IMG/VR virus record: IMGVR_UViG_3300044856_000241
Coordinates: 1-64,000 of that record
Reading direction: 5' to 3' (one strand)
Length of the DNA stretch: 64,000 nucleotides
From: a virus
Taxonomy: Duplodnaviria > Caudoviricetes
This document shows positions 29,845 to 41,100 of the stretch, piece by piece; within the stretch, counting starts at the first letter, position 1, and each line of letters begins with the position of its first letter. Under the pieces are notes generated by a model. It was given only the letters and a program-made list of their open reading frames with translations, did not search any database and was not told the origin of the DNA. A program made the position numbers and the translations under genes.

Positions 29845-31781
29845 TAAATTTCTTCTGCCTCCGCGTTAATGTCACCCCATTCACGCATAGCAAATTCTGC
29901 TTTGCGCTCTTTGGAATATGTTTTTACTGGCGTGTAGAATCCGACAATACGTGTAAATTCTGTTTCAACAGGATTACCACATTCAGGACAAATTGTTCCA
30001 TAGAAAGCATGGTTATTCTTACAAGCCTGAATTTTTGTGTTAAAAGCAAAATATGTAACCCCTTGATCTGCAATGTAATTTACCATTTTCCATGCTTTTT
30101 CAAATGAATCAAATGGAGCTTCAATATTATAATGAAGGATAGAACCACCTGAGCAGTAACCATCAAATTCTGATGCAATTCTTACTCGTTCTTGTCCAGT
30201 TGTTTTAATTCCAAGAGGGATAAATTGATTACCATAGAGAGGTAAATCATAGATATTTGCAGATGGGTAGAAGAATTTATCTTTTTTCATTAACTTGGCA
30301 GCGGCTGATTCTCCAGGAATCTGCTCAGTATTAATCTGATAATCGCATTTATTATCCTGAATAAATTTGTCAGCTGTTGCTCTCATTGTCTTGAAGATTT
30401 TTTCTCCAAATGCAGAAGCTTTTTCTGTATAATAAGTATCACCAAGTTCATCGACTCTAATATATCCGAATTTCTTCATTGTTTCATAGACCCCGATGAA
30501 TCCTATGGTATTATAAAGATGATCAAAATCTACTAAGTTATGTTTGAAGTTTGGGAGAAGTCCTTTTTCAACGTTGCGTCTAATAATAGAACGAACACAA
30601 TCTAACGCTCGGAGATTTGTGATAACTCTTCTTTCAAGTTCTTTTAAGTATTCATCTTCTGAATTTGTGTCTAATGCGATTCTTGCTAGATTAATAGTAG
30701 AAACTTTTACAGAACCAACTTTAAGAGCTGTACCGCCGATGGAGTTGAAATATCCGAGGTCTTCAATATTACTCTTTAATCTACAACAGTTGCTAAGTGA
30801 ATTCACAGACGTATCAACAAATAAGTTGCTATCAGACCACTCCATATTGTGTTTAATTGCCCATTTTGCAAAATCTTCATCTACAAATTTTCCATTCTGA
30901 CGAAGTAAACTAATTGTAGAGACTGGGAAAGTAAACATATTGTCATGTCTAATTTTTGCCATTACTTCCATGTACCATTTCTGGAATTCAATGATTTCTT
31001 CTTCATAGTCGATCATGAATGTTCCATCAGGAAATTCTGCTCCACCAAAAAGGGCTTCAAAATATGGTCTATCAAACACTGATGTATTTGTAAATGCACT
31101 CTGAGAACCGTCACGAAGATATGGCTGATTTACTGCGTAAATAAATCTTTGGAATGCCTGTTTTGCATAATATTCTTTGTCCCTTAACACGTAATTATCT
31201 TCAACATCTTTCTTCCAGAAATAAAACATATATGGAAGTAAATTAGGTAAACCAACTGCTCCAGAACTACGGTTACAAGCATAACTGATAAATTCTTTTA
31301 CGAAATCAACAAAAGTTATTAAATGCTGTGCCGGTTTCGCATTTCTTCCTTCGATAAAATACAGACCTTTCTCTGCCAAATCCTTCAAGTCGTAAGCAAA
31401 ACAGTAATGTTTGAATGTCGCAGTATTAGCATCATGCATATATGATTCTCCGATCCATTCAGAACGAAGCCATTCATTTGCTGCTCGGAAGCCAAATTTT
31501 TTCTGAAGTTCATAATAAATTTTATTAAAAGCAAGAACTTTCTCATGTGGTTTTGGCATTTCTTTTTCCAATGTAACAATATCTTTATGAGCAACATTAC
31601 TGTTACCATCAATACTTGCGTCTGCTACAGTATCTTCATCAACGAAATTATCAATAAAATCTGTATAGCTTAATTGTCCGTCATCGAAACCATTGATTTT
31701 TGCAATATCCGTACCAAACTCTTCTTGTAGCTTGTTGTACTGTGTTGTAAAATTTTTGTTTAATCTAATATTAATGTTCAA
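29844..31781 (-). CDS. nrdD: Class III anaerobic ribonucleoside-triphosphate reductase
   Basis: NCCRL, EQIPGES and C-terminal glycyl-radical loop TRIVGFY. Confidence 0.93.
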   Translation of the reverse strand: MNINIRLNKNFTTQYNKLQEEFGTDIAKINGFDDGQLSYTDFIDNFVDEDTVADASIDGNSNVAHKDIVTLEKEMPKPHEKVLAFNKIYYELQKKFGFRAANEWLRSEWIGESYMHDANTATFKHYCFAYDLKDLAEKGLYFIEGRNAKPAQHLITFVDFVKEFISYACNRSSGAVGLPNLLPYMFYFWKKDVEDNYVLRDKEYYAKQAFQRFIYAVNQPYLRDGSQSAFTNTSVFDRPYFEALFGGAEFPDGTFMIDYEEEIIEFQKWYMEVMAKIRHDNMFTFPVSTISLLRQNGKFVDEDFAKWAIKHNMEWSDSNLFVDTSVNSLSNCCRLKSNIEDLGYFNSIGGTALKVGSVKVSTINLARIALDTNSEDEYLKELERRVITNLRALDCVRSIIRRNVEKGLLPNFKHNLVDFDHLYNTIGFIGVYETMKKFGYIRVDELGDTYYTEKASAFGEKIFKTMRATADKFIQDNKCDYQINTEQIPGESAAAKLMKKDKFFYPSANIYDLPLYGNQFIPLGIKTTGQERVRIASEFDGYCSGGSILHYNIEAPFDSFEKAWKMVNYIADQGVTYFAFNTKIQACKNNHAFYGTICPECGNPVETEFTRIVGFYTPVKTYSKERKAEFAMREWGDINAEAEEI

Positions 31782-31793
31782 AAATATTTCCTC

Positions 31794-31994
31794 CTACTGT
31801 TCATTAATCCATGTATTCGCTGTTTTAAAATCCATAATAGTATTGTCTACTTCTAATACAGGCATTGCATCGAAGCCTTTGTTAATCATTAAGTCAACAT
31901 CTGCTACTTCTTCATAGGGAATATTTTTTGATGTTAGTTTTTTCTCCAAAACTGTACATTTTGGACAATGTGTTGTGTATAAAATTACTTTCAC
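31794..31994 (-). CDS. Glutaredoxin/NrdH-like protein
   Basis: YTTHCPKC and MPVLEVD. Confidence 0.8.
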   Translation of the reverse strand: MKVILYTTHCPKCTVLEKKLTSKNIPYEEVADVDLMINKGFDAMPVLEVDNTIMDFKTANTWINEQ

Positions 31995-32152
31995 GTTTCC
32001 ACCGCCTTATTTATTTTTCATCCGCAATGTAAGAGTCAAATCCAGTCTCCTCATTGCATGTATACTCAAAGTTACTCCAACTCTGCAATTTATCATTTTT
32101 TGCAGTTGTTCTATAGCATGTCTTCTTCATAGGACAGCTCTCAGAACTGCAT

Positions 32153-32425
32153 TTAGTAATATCTGCCATAATTATTGCCCCAAAGATCCCACATATTTTT
32201 AATTTTTACTTTGATTGTTTCAAGTTCTTTATACTCATCGGAATCATAATTATCTTTATTCTCAATGATCATTTTTGTTTGTTTTTCACAAATCAAATCA
32301 ATTGCCACCTTCTTCTGATCTTTTGTAAAAAACTTGTCAAGTAATATTCTTTTCATGTCATCCTTTTTGATATATATCCCATCAGAGCAATATTTAATAG
32401 CAACTCCTGAGTCTTTGTCATTCAT
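32153..32425 (-). CDS. Hypothetical protein
   Basis: GAGG SD; ORF track. Confidence 0.55.
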   Translation of the reverse strand: MNDKDSGVAIKYCSDGIYIKKDDMKRILLDKFFTKDQKKVAIDLICEKQTKMIIENKDNYDSDEYKELETIKVKIKNMWDLWGNNYGRYY

Positions 32426-32430
32426 AATAA

Positions 32431-32619
32431 TTACCTCACAATGTTTCCAGTTACTTCACGACATACGAGAGTTTTGTACATACAGCTATCGTCATAATTA
32501 GCAATATGTTTACCTATCCGTGTGTGATCCACAACATATTCTTGATCGCCAACAGTCACTGTCAATAGAAAATCTGGATCATCCAGTAATTCTCTGGCAA
32601 GACTGTGGCTTGTATTCAA
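32431..32619 (-). CDS. Hypothetical protein
   Basis: ORF track; operon packing. Confidence 0.5.
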   Translation of the reverse strand: MNTSHSLARELLDDPDFLLTVTVGDQEYVVDHTRIGKHIANYDDSCMYKTLVCREVTGNIVR

Positions 32620-32649
32620 ACTACTAATTTGTAATCACTTCCTAACTCA

Positions 32650-33219
32650 TTATTCTACGTAGTATCCAAGGACTCTCTTAATTACTTCATCCAGATCATA
32701 ATCGTAATTGTTGTATACGATTTTATCTGCTAGACAACCAGCAACCTTAAAGTCCTTGTGGTCTTTAATCTGTCTACGTTCATTCTCAGATTGATTAGCC
32801 TGTCCTCTTTTGACTCTTTCAGCCATTCTTTTATCAATTGTTGACTGGTTGGCGTAAATCCAAATAACTTTCATATCCAGATTGTATTTGAGAATATCCC
32901 GTACTCCCTCAGGAGTAAGGATAACAACTGTATTCTCATCAGCGTTTTGTAAGTCTTCTAATGCAGTACCGTAGTACCATTTTCCATAAGTATCTTCATT
33001 GATTTTTGCCAGATATGTTTTGTGCTCTGCAAAGAATCCATCCTCAATCTTTTGTTTGAATTCTTCATCTGAGATATAATGGTATGTGACATCCTGTATT
33101 TCACCCTTTCTGATTGGACGCGTTGTATAGGTAACAATACTATGAAAACCATACTTGTTAATCAATTCGTTTTTAATGGTATCTTTACCGGAAGTCGATT
33201 TTCCTATAAGTACTAACAT
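32650..33219 (-). CDS. gmk: Guanylate kinase-like protein
   Basis: GKSTSGKDT P-loop, YTTRPIRKGE..YHYIS, WYYGT. Confidence 0.88.
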   Translation of the reverse strand: MLVLIGKSTSGKDTIKNELINKYGFHSIVTYTTRPIRKGEIQDVTYHYISDEEFKQKIEDGFFAEHKTYLAKINEDTYGKWYYGTALEDLQNADENTVVILTPEGVRDILKYNLDMKVIWIYANQSTIDKRMAERVKRGQANQSENERRQIKDHKDFKVAGCLADKIVYNNYDYDLDEVIKRVLGYYVE

Positions 33220-33361
33220 CTAATGTCCTCCACAATAAAGTTTCGGATATGTCCATCATTAATTAATGTGGTTGTATGTTTCTTCTCAAACAGCTCTATA
33301 CATTCATCTAAAGTGACCAAATCGAGGTCAATTACCTGTTCATAATTCATACCCATATAAA

Positions 33362-33607
33362 TTAAGCCTCCACTTTATATTCTTCGCAAATTCGCTCCAG
33401 AGTGTCGATTTCTTCCGTTGTATATACGTCCATTGAAATTGACATTTCATCAATAGAAATTGACAATAATCCGAGGATAGATTTCGCATTTACGACATAT
33501 CTACCACTTTTCGCATCAACATCTCCAGAAACATATTTTTTAATCTTTGCACAAAACTCACTTGTTTCCTGCGCGTTTTTAAATCCTACCTTAAATTCTT
33601 TACTCAA
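33362..33607 (-). CDS. HPr-like protein lacking His15
   Basis: SGRYVVNAKSILGLLS (Ser46 motif). Confidence 0.75.
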   Translation of the reverse strand: MSKEFKVGFKNAQETSEFCAKIKKYVSGDVDAKSGRYVVNAKSILGLLSISIDEMSISMDVYTTEEIDTLERICEEYKVEA

Positions 33608-34470
33608 TAGTCACACACCTCGTCATAAACAATTACTTGGGTGATCATACTGTTCCAATCATCTTGAGCATAAGAAATATCACCCATTTTTTTTACGCTT
33701 CTGCTTAAATTACTGCTACTTACTACAAATTCAACTAAAGAGCCATCGTGTTCTGTAATAGTATTTTCAGAATTTGTGTCTTTATCTGCTTTCTGATCAG
33801 CCAAAATACATGGAATAACTGTACCGTTTTCAAGTACTAAATCAATATATTGACCAATTTTGCTTGTATAAGCACTGCCTACGGCAATACAATATCTACC
33901 ATTAACCTGTCTGATGCCGTGAGTCCCGGTATACGCAATCTGTTGTAACTTCCACTGAGCACTGTTTCTACTTGTAATTGCTGTATACGGCATATATGAC
34001 TTTATGCGATTGTATGGAGCATAATATGTGCTGCTTGTAATTTCATGATCAGAAATCAAATCACGATGAACATATGCGATTGAATCATTGTATTTAATTA
34101 CACACCACTCATCATTAAAATATTCATACTCAACCTGAGAGTATTTTGGTAATACTGTAAGAATATTGTCATCAGAAAATCCATCATATGATCTAACATT
34201 GGTATTAGACTTTAACCAACCACTTGAAAAATGATAGTCTCTATGGACGTATACAGATACTAACCGTACTCCTTCTGAACCATCAGTTTTATGCAGAACA
34301 GATTTGTTATTATCATTATTAATAAGTTCCAATAAATCTTGAGAATCATTCTCATAGTTAATCTGTTGCTCTTTGATAATATCCATATTCATACACTGTC
34401 CCCAAACGGGGACGGCATGAAGTAATGGTAACTGAGCTAACAGAAGACCAATTACTAATTTTTTCTTCAT
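33604..34470 (-). CDS. Exported cell-wall-associated protein (SH3-like plus 3D/DPBB-like domain)
   Basis: Signal peptide, TNVRS..WCVIKYNDSIAYVH, and RYCIAVGS..IGQYIDL..CILAD. Confidence 0.6.
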   Translation of the reverse strand: MKKKLVIGLLLAQLPLLHAVPVWGQCMNMDIIKEQQINYENDSQDLLELINNDNNKSVLHKTDGSEGVRLVSVYVHRDYHFSSGWLKSNTNVRSYDGFSDDNILTVLPKYSQVEYEYFNDEWCVIKYNDSIAYVHRDLISDHEITSSTYYAPYNRIKSYMPYTAITSRNSAQWKLQQIAYTGTHGIRQVNGRYCIAVGSAYTSKIGQYIDLVLENGTVIPCILADQKADKDTNSENTITEHDGSLVEFVVSSSNLSRSVKKMGDISYAQDDWNSMITQVIVYDEVCDY

Positions 34471-34535
34471 AAAAATTCCTTTCGAAACTGTTTACTTGTT
34501 ACACTTTGTATATTCTCTGAGGGATTTGATGAATT

Positions 34536-36515
34536 TTAAGAAATCATAGAAAGAAGTTCTTGCTCAGTGATAATTGGTATATTTAACTGAATAGCCTTCT
34601 TATTTTTACTACTTGTTGAATTCGGGTTGTTATTTACAAGATATGATGTTTTAGCACTTACGCTACCAGATACTTTCCCGCCAAGTGACTCAATTTGTGC
34701 TTTTGCTTCATCACGGTTATTGAAATGCTCAAGACTACCAGTAATGACGAATGTTTTACCTGCTAATTCTTTCTTTACACCAAGCATTTTGAAGATTGGT
34801 TCTGGTTTCTGGAATTCGAATTCTTCTGCCAGTGCATAAATTTCATAACAATCTCGTGAGAAATACTGATTCAATGAATTAATCAGTGAATCCCCAATGC
34901 CAGGAATATGGCGGAAGAACTCAGCTCCAGATACAATCATGCCTCGTGTGAATGATTCATAGTTATAATCCTCAGCTTGTGCGATTGCTTTACTTGCTGT
35001 TTTACCCAACAACGGTATAGATAAGCTATACAGGAATCTGTCAAGTGTAGTTTTTCTACTGTTTTCAATTGAAGCTAATAATTTGGTAACTGATTTCGAT
35101 CCGAAACCTTCAAGATTTTTCATACGGAGTTCGTAATCTTTTAGATGATAGATATCTTTGATGGATTTAAGCCATCCAAGAGAAATGAATTTGTCAATAG
35201 TTGCTTCTGAAAGACCTTCAATATTTAACGCGTTTCTGGAGACCGCATGACTAAGTCTACCGAGAAGTTTTCCAACACATGCTGGATTTGTGCAAATGAG
35301 AACTTCAGAATCATTTTCTTTAATAATTTTTGTCTCACCGCCACAGATAGGGCATGTTGATGGGATTGTAAAATTACCAGACTTATCAATACTTTCATGT
35401 ACTTTTGGAATTACCTTGTTAGACCGATAAATTCTAATCCTATCTCCAATTCCAAGCATCATTTTTTTGATATATGTAATATTATGAAGCGTAGCTCTTG
35501 TTGTGAGTGCACCTTCCAAATTAACAGGCTCAAAAACTGCCACTGGATTAATCAATCCAGATTTTGATGTGTTCCATTCAATATCAATAAGTTTTGTTTC
35601 GTATAATTCATCTTCATATTTATATGCAATTGAATGACGGAAGAACTTATCTGTACGACCAGTTGATTCAGCTAATTTATAATCATCAATTGCCAAGACA
35701 GCTCCATCATAAGGAATATTTTTCTCGTCTGCGACATTCTGTAGATTTTCTAGCATGTTTGGAAGATCCTCTTTGTCAGATGAATTATTTACATATGTCC
35801 ACATTGGGATAATTTCGAAACCATTTTTCTCTGCTTCTTTTAAGTCTTCAAATACTGATTTATGTCCAAAACCTTTAATGACACGCCATGCTACAAATCT
35901 CATATCACGTTTAGCAGCTTCTTTGCTATCTAACATCGTCAAACTACCAGATACAAGATTGCGTGGATGCTCATATTTCTTGCCAGTTAATGAATCATTA
36001 ATCCTCTGAAATGTGTCCCATCCAATAATTGTTTCGCCATCAATAATCAATTCATCTTTATAATCAATTTCTTTTGGAATATTTTTGATTGTAAGTACGT
36101 TATGATAACAATCATATCCTTTATCTCCACTACCTCTTGTTTCAGCTGATACTAATTTGCCGTTTAAATATCGAAGTGTTGTTGAAAGACCATCAGCTTT
36201 TACTGATAAAATACAAGCTTTGTTACCAGCAAAATCAATTAATCCATCAATCTGCTTAGTCTTGTCTAAAGATAACATTAAATGATTATGCGGTACTTCT
36301 TTTAATTTATCAATAACTGTGTACCCGACGTTCTGTGTTGGACTATTAGGATAGATGATACAAGTTTCTTTCTCAAGAAGTTGTAACTCTTCATACATTT
36401 CATCCCAATCATAATCGCTAATAATAGGTTCTGAATTATAATAAGCATTAGATGCTTCATTTAATAGATAAATTAGTTTTTTAATTCTTTCAATATTATT
36501 TGTGCTTTCTCTCAA
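34536..36515 (-). CDS. ligA: NAD-dependent DNA ligase
   Basis: MLSLDK, KADG, AYKY, ATLHN, zinc finger and BRCT (FVITGSL). Confidence 0.95.
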   Translation of the reverse strand: MRESTNNIERIKKLIYLLNEASNAYYNSEPIISDYDWDEMYEELQLLEKETCIIYPNSPTQNVGYTVIDKLKEVPHNHLMLSLDKTKQIDGLIDFAGNKACILSVKADGLSTTLRYLNGKLVSAETRGSGDKGYDCYHNVLTIKNIPKEIDYKDELIIDGETIIGWDTFQRINDSLTGKKYEHPRNLVSGSLTMLDSKEAAKRDMRFVAWRVIKGFGHKSVFEDLKEAEKNGFEIIPMWTYVNNSSDKEDLPNMLENLQNVADEKNIPYDGAVLAIDDYKLAESTGRTDKFFRHSIAYKYEDELYETKLIDIEWNTSKSGLINPVAVFEPVNLEGALTTRATLHNITYIKKMMLGIGDRIRIYRSNKVIPKVHESIDKSGNFTIPSTCPICGGETKIIKENDSEVLICTNPACVGKLLGRLSHAVSRNALNIEGLSEATIDKFISLGWLKSIKDIYHLKDYELRMKNLEGFGSKSVTKLLASIENSRKTTLDRFLYSLSIPLLGKTASKAIAQAEDYNYESFTRGMIVSGAEFFRHIPGIGDSLINSLNQYFSRDCYEIYALAEEFEFQKPEPIFKMLGVKKELAGKTFVITGSLEHFNNRDEAKAQIESLGGKVSGSVSAKTSYLVNNNPNSTSSKNKKAIQLNIPIITEQELLSMIS

Positions 36516-36516
36516 A

Positions 36517-36735
36517 TTATCCCTCCTCTCTTATATTCTCTGTGTCTACACCTGCGAATTCTTTAAATAATTCTAGTGTCATATCCTCCTCGAAATAGAA
36601 CGGATCTACGCCACGCTGTTGTAACCACCCAAAAAAATTCAACATAAGCTGCGAATATCTCCAGTCTGGAAACTGCTGCATATGAATTCGCATTATTTCA
36701 TTATAGAATGTATATAGCCTATTTGGATCTCTCAT
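36517..36735 (-). CDS. Hypothetical phage protein
   Basis: MRDPNR..PDWRYSQL..DPFYFEED pattern. Confidence 0.65.
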   Translation of the reverse strand: MRDPNRLYTFYNEIMRIHMQQFPDWRYSQLMLNFFGWLQQRGVDPFYFEEDMTLELFKEFAGVDTENIREEG

Positions 36736-36740
36736 TGTTA

Positions 36741-37358
36741 TTATTCCTCATTATGTAAACTATAGAAATATTCGTTATATGCGTCATATCTTGCCTGAAT
36801 GTTTAACCAATTAATCTTTTTGCCATTGTCTTCTGCCCATTTGATAAAATCAGTAATTTTACCACAGCATCCAAATTCAGGACAACCTGCTCTATACACA
36901 CAATTCGGCACCAGCACGTCTGATAGCTCCTTTTCGTGTTTTCTTAATGTTGTTTTAAAATCTTCCATATACTTTCTAGTTTCTGGATGAGCTTGATTGC
37001 ATAATCTATATCTTGCAACATTTATACAAGCTTGCGCATTTCCTTCGCCGTCATAATTTACCAAAGCATCCTGTGGTAAATTGTCTCTGTTTCTTCCAGT
37101 TCTGTCATCTCTTTGTGTACTTATCCATTTGTCCCATCCAAGCCAATGCCTAGAAAAATGTACTGAAATCCATGATTTAATTCCTTTCCATCTCCATTTA
37201 ATTTTAATAAGTCTAATTGGAGAATGTTCTGAAATTAATATTTTCTTTTTAAAATCAGTTGTCGTTTCTTTATTGGAATATTCTTTATTAATCGTATTAC
37301 GGCATTCATTTTTAACATCAATCCAATCGGCTGTTACTTTTGTTATGTTTGTTAGCAT
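36741..37358 (-). CDS. thyX: Flavin-dependent thymidylate synthase-like protein
   Basis: EHSPIR, HFSRH..STQR, RLCNQAHPETR, PNCVYRAGCPE. Confidence 0.75.
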   Translation of the reverse strand: MLTNITKVTADWIDVKNECRNTINKEYSNKETTTDFKKKILISEHSPIRLIKIKWRWKGIKSWISVHFSRHWLGWDKWISTQRDDRTGRNRDNLPQDALVNYDGEGNAQACINVARYRLCNQAHPETRKYMEDFKTTLRKHEKELSDVLVPNCVYRAGCPEFGCCGKITDFIKWAEDNGKKINWLNIQARYDAYNEYFYSLHNEE

Positions 37359-38172
37359 TTTTATTATTTCCTCTTCTTATATACTTTCTTCCAGATTTTA
37401 ATTTTTCAAAATATCCTTCCGGAGCTATGTTTATAAATGTTTTCCCGTACCATATATCATTAAATGTACTCCTGTTTAATTCAGAATGCTTTTGATATAC
37501 TTCACTTGGAGATAATTCTTCATTAATATAATCTTCTCTAATAGACATTACATGCTTAATTGTTGAGTTATATATTCCGCTGTTGTATATTTTATAGTCA
37601 TTGCCTTTTTTCGCATATTCTTTCTTTAGTTCTTCCGTATATACATCCATATGAATGTTTTTATAGCGATATCCTCTCCATATATTTATAAATGCAGAAT
37701 ATGATATTTTATTTTTATATGTGATATATATATCTTTCGGATCTAATGCTTTTGAATATGCTTCTCTAATATCATAAATGTCTTTGTTTGATAATTTTGC
37801 GTTTGGATGTTCCTCACCACATTTAGTTGGCGCAGTGTCTGTTTCATATGTACTATTGTACCCATTGTTAACAGAATCATATTTCAATATAAATTCATAT
37901 TCTTTTTTTAACATTGTGTCAATGTCTTTTGTTTCATAAATACATGATACATCCCAATCGTCAAAATCATATTTTCTTAATGCATTATAAAAATGAGAAT
38001 TATAATTTGAATCATTTAGATTATTGCTATGCCTTAGGTGTTCTCCAATTCTTTGATATATATTTTTACTTCTTCCTATATAACTTTTTCCTGTTAGTTT
38101 ATTCGTAAATTTATATATACCAGATATGTTATTTAAAAAGGCATATTTATCATAAAAATATATTTTTTTAAT
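37318..38172 (-). CDS. Free-standing GIY-YIG homing endonuclease
   Basis: In-frame extension upstream of the listed ORF reads SGIYKFTNKLTGKSYIGRSKNIYQR. Start ATT 38172, 6 nt after GAGGTG. GEEHPNAKL motif. Confidence 0.85.
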   Translation of the reverse strand: MKKIYFYDKYAFLNNISGIYKFTNKLTGKSYIGRSKNIYQRIGEHLRHSNNLNDSNYNSHFYNALRKYDFDDWDVSCIYETKDIDTMLKKEYEFILKYDSVNNGYNSTYETDTAPTKCGEEHPNAKLSNKDIYDIREAYSKALDPKDIYITYKNKISYSAFINIWRGYRYKNIHMDVYTEELKKEYAKKGNDYKIYNSGIYNSTIKHVMSIREDYINEELSPSEVYQKHSELNRSTFNDIWYGKTFINIAPEGYFEKLKSGRKYIRRGNNKNANKHNKSNSRLD

Positions 38173-41100
38173 TTATTACACCTCTTTTATTGTCAGTTGT
38201 TCGGCAATGATTTTTTACTCGCTTCCAATCATCACCAATCCAATTAAAAACAGTTTTCATTCTTAGCCCTCCGTTTTATCTAATTTTCTAATAAGTCCAT
38301 TTGCCAAATCAGTTACGCCTGACACGTAATTGTAAAAATCTCTATATGCAGCATCATTATTCTCTTCAGTCCAATCAAACGCCTCTGTGATCATTTTTAA
38401 TGCTTGATTTGAAATAGTTTTTTCATCCATTATTTTATTCCTCAATTTCTTTCGTAAAAAAATAAATACATTATCGGTACACCATATTGATTATTCGCCA
38501 TTTGCGTAGAAACTAATTTATATCCGGCATTACCGTGATTAATTGATATTTCCTCTAATGCATGTGCACAATAACTACTTACATATGCCGCTGTATTTTT
38601 ATATTTTTTCATTATTTATCACCTTCCTCTGGAAGTTTTGCGTAGTTCCATGATAAATAATCATCTTCATCATAGTACGGCTTGCTCCATGATGTACAAC
38701 CAGCGCGCCACGCATAAACAACGCCGTCTTCAAACTTTGCAAAATGTCTATGTCGCCATTCATCATTTTTGATATCATTAACCAAAATTGGCGTATCTAC
38801 TGGTACTTTGCTCCAGTCAACTGGTGATTCGACATATTCTGAGTTGCACCATTCTTGACACGCAATGCTACAATCCCCATCATCTTGTGTTGAAAAATAA
38901 CACTCATCACAATCAAGTAAGTCACATGAGATTGGAGTCATTGTTTTTATATGTACTCCTACACAAGATCCGCCACACGCAACATCTAAAATCTGTTTTT
39001 CATATTTTTCTCTATTTGTCATTTCAATTCTCCTTATAACATTGCCAAACATAATCACTAAAATGTTCCCAGTTATTCATCACTTGATCATAAATGTCTA
39101 CTTTAATTGCAGAATCATCAGATTCGATCCACGGAGCCACAATAATCTCATGTTCACATTTTGACCAGTAATAATATCTCAACTCACTTTTTAATCTCTC
39201 ATCAAAGTATTCTCTAGTCATTTCTTTTTCTGGTGTATTGAATAATTTTTGAATATATTTCCAGAAACTTCCATGGTTAAATATATTAAATACATATATT
39301 TTTCTGGCATTTACATCGTATCTATATACATTCCATACAGGTTTGTTTTCTTTGTTCATATGTATTATCACCTATCCGTATCGTCTAACATTTTGTAATC
39401 TATTAGTCTAAAAGTCTACACCATATATGACTTAATGTGTTGTCTGCTACATCTGAAATACGACTTTCTGGATTTGAACTTTGAAGTTCACAAAGTTTTT
39501 CGATACAGTATATAGCGACATCACACAGTTTGTATGTGTTTTTTAATCTGGTTTTGTCTATGTAGGCATCTCCAGTCGATTCAGTATACCCAACCATACA
39601 ATTTAATGCTTTGATAATTTCTTTAGAATTCATTTTCTCACCTCTTTTCATCTCATGAAACAGGACTTTCATCTGTTAAGAAATACTGTTCATATAGCCT
39701 ACATAAAAGTTGCAATACAATCCCATACATACCGGAACAATCTTTCCAAGTACTATAGATGCATTGTTTTCTGCACGTACAACTAACCCAAAAAATACAA
39801 GTAACATACCAATTGCCATCATAATAATGCTTAATACACTTTTCATATGCTTACCTCATTTCTACTTCGCCAAACGACAATGTGTTATCGCAAAATACTT
39901 TATTGCCTTGAAAATATCCACATAAACCTTTTGTATTTTTGTCATGCAATCCATTTAGTGACACCTCTGCATCTTTTACAATATAGTCAATTGTATCTTC
40001 ATTCATAAAAATATATGGAGAATTGTTGTGTTCAATATAATAATTGTCAACCTGTTTCCACAATTCCATATAATCAATTTTGTGTTGTACTACAAAAAAT
40101 GTAGATCTGTTAGCTCGTCCATCCATTAATACTTATTCCTCGTAATTCCTATATTATTGTTCTTTTGTGTATCACTTCTCATTTACTCATAATAATAGTG
40201 ATAATAAGGAAAACTAATATGAATACTCCCCATCCAGCTAAACTGATCCAGAATGGACATAATACCCATATCCATGACCAGTTAATTACTTTACAAAGTT
40301 TCAGAACAATAAATACAATTCCTAAAACACTTGCGAATCCAAGTCCTGTACTACTATTTGAATCTTTCATAAAATTCTCCTTTCTACATCATTGTAACTG
40401 TACATTTGCCATCGTAAATTAGCTTATGAACTACTTCGCACGGATCATCAACACCAGCTCTTTCAACTCTTTCAATCGCCTGTTTTAACGGCATTCGTTT
40501 TGAAATTACTAATGTACCATCTTCTTGTACTTCATAGCTATCAGGCGGTTCATAAAAGCAAACTGGTTTTTCTTCTTTTGGTAATAGATATATTGTGCTA
40601 TTATCTAATATTACATAACCATTTGCTTCTTCAAATATCTGCATTTTTACCACCTCACAAAATCTGGGTCGTATTCGCCATCAAAATAATATTTCCAAAC
40701 ATCTAGTACCATTTTATGTATACATCTTATAGGATACCGTGAATCAGTATCATATATCTTATAAGGACATTCACCGCAACAATACTCAGCGCAGCATTTT
40801 AATCCATGTTTTACTTCTTCTTTAGTCATTCTCTATTACCTCATCTGGTACTTTAGTAATAAACAGCCCAACCAACGAATCGTCTTCAATACTATAAGTC
40901 ACCTTAAATTCGCATCCGAATTCCTCTAATTCTGCCATTACGTCTGTAGCATTATTTTCTGGAGTCCATATCATATCACCATTTTTGACCTCTATTCCAT
41001 AAGCATGTGCAGAACTTGCATATAATTCTTGATTCGGAAGATATTCTCTTCTTACACGCACGTATGGCTTTAATATCTCATCAAGGATATTATCGTCAAA

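Noticed and set aside
37915-38172. Frameshifted GIY-YIG pseudogene
   Set aside because: The GIY-YIG motif is in the same open frame as 37318..37914; only a canonical start codon is missing.
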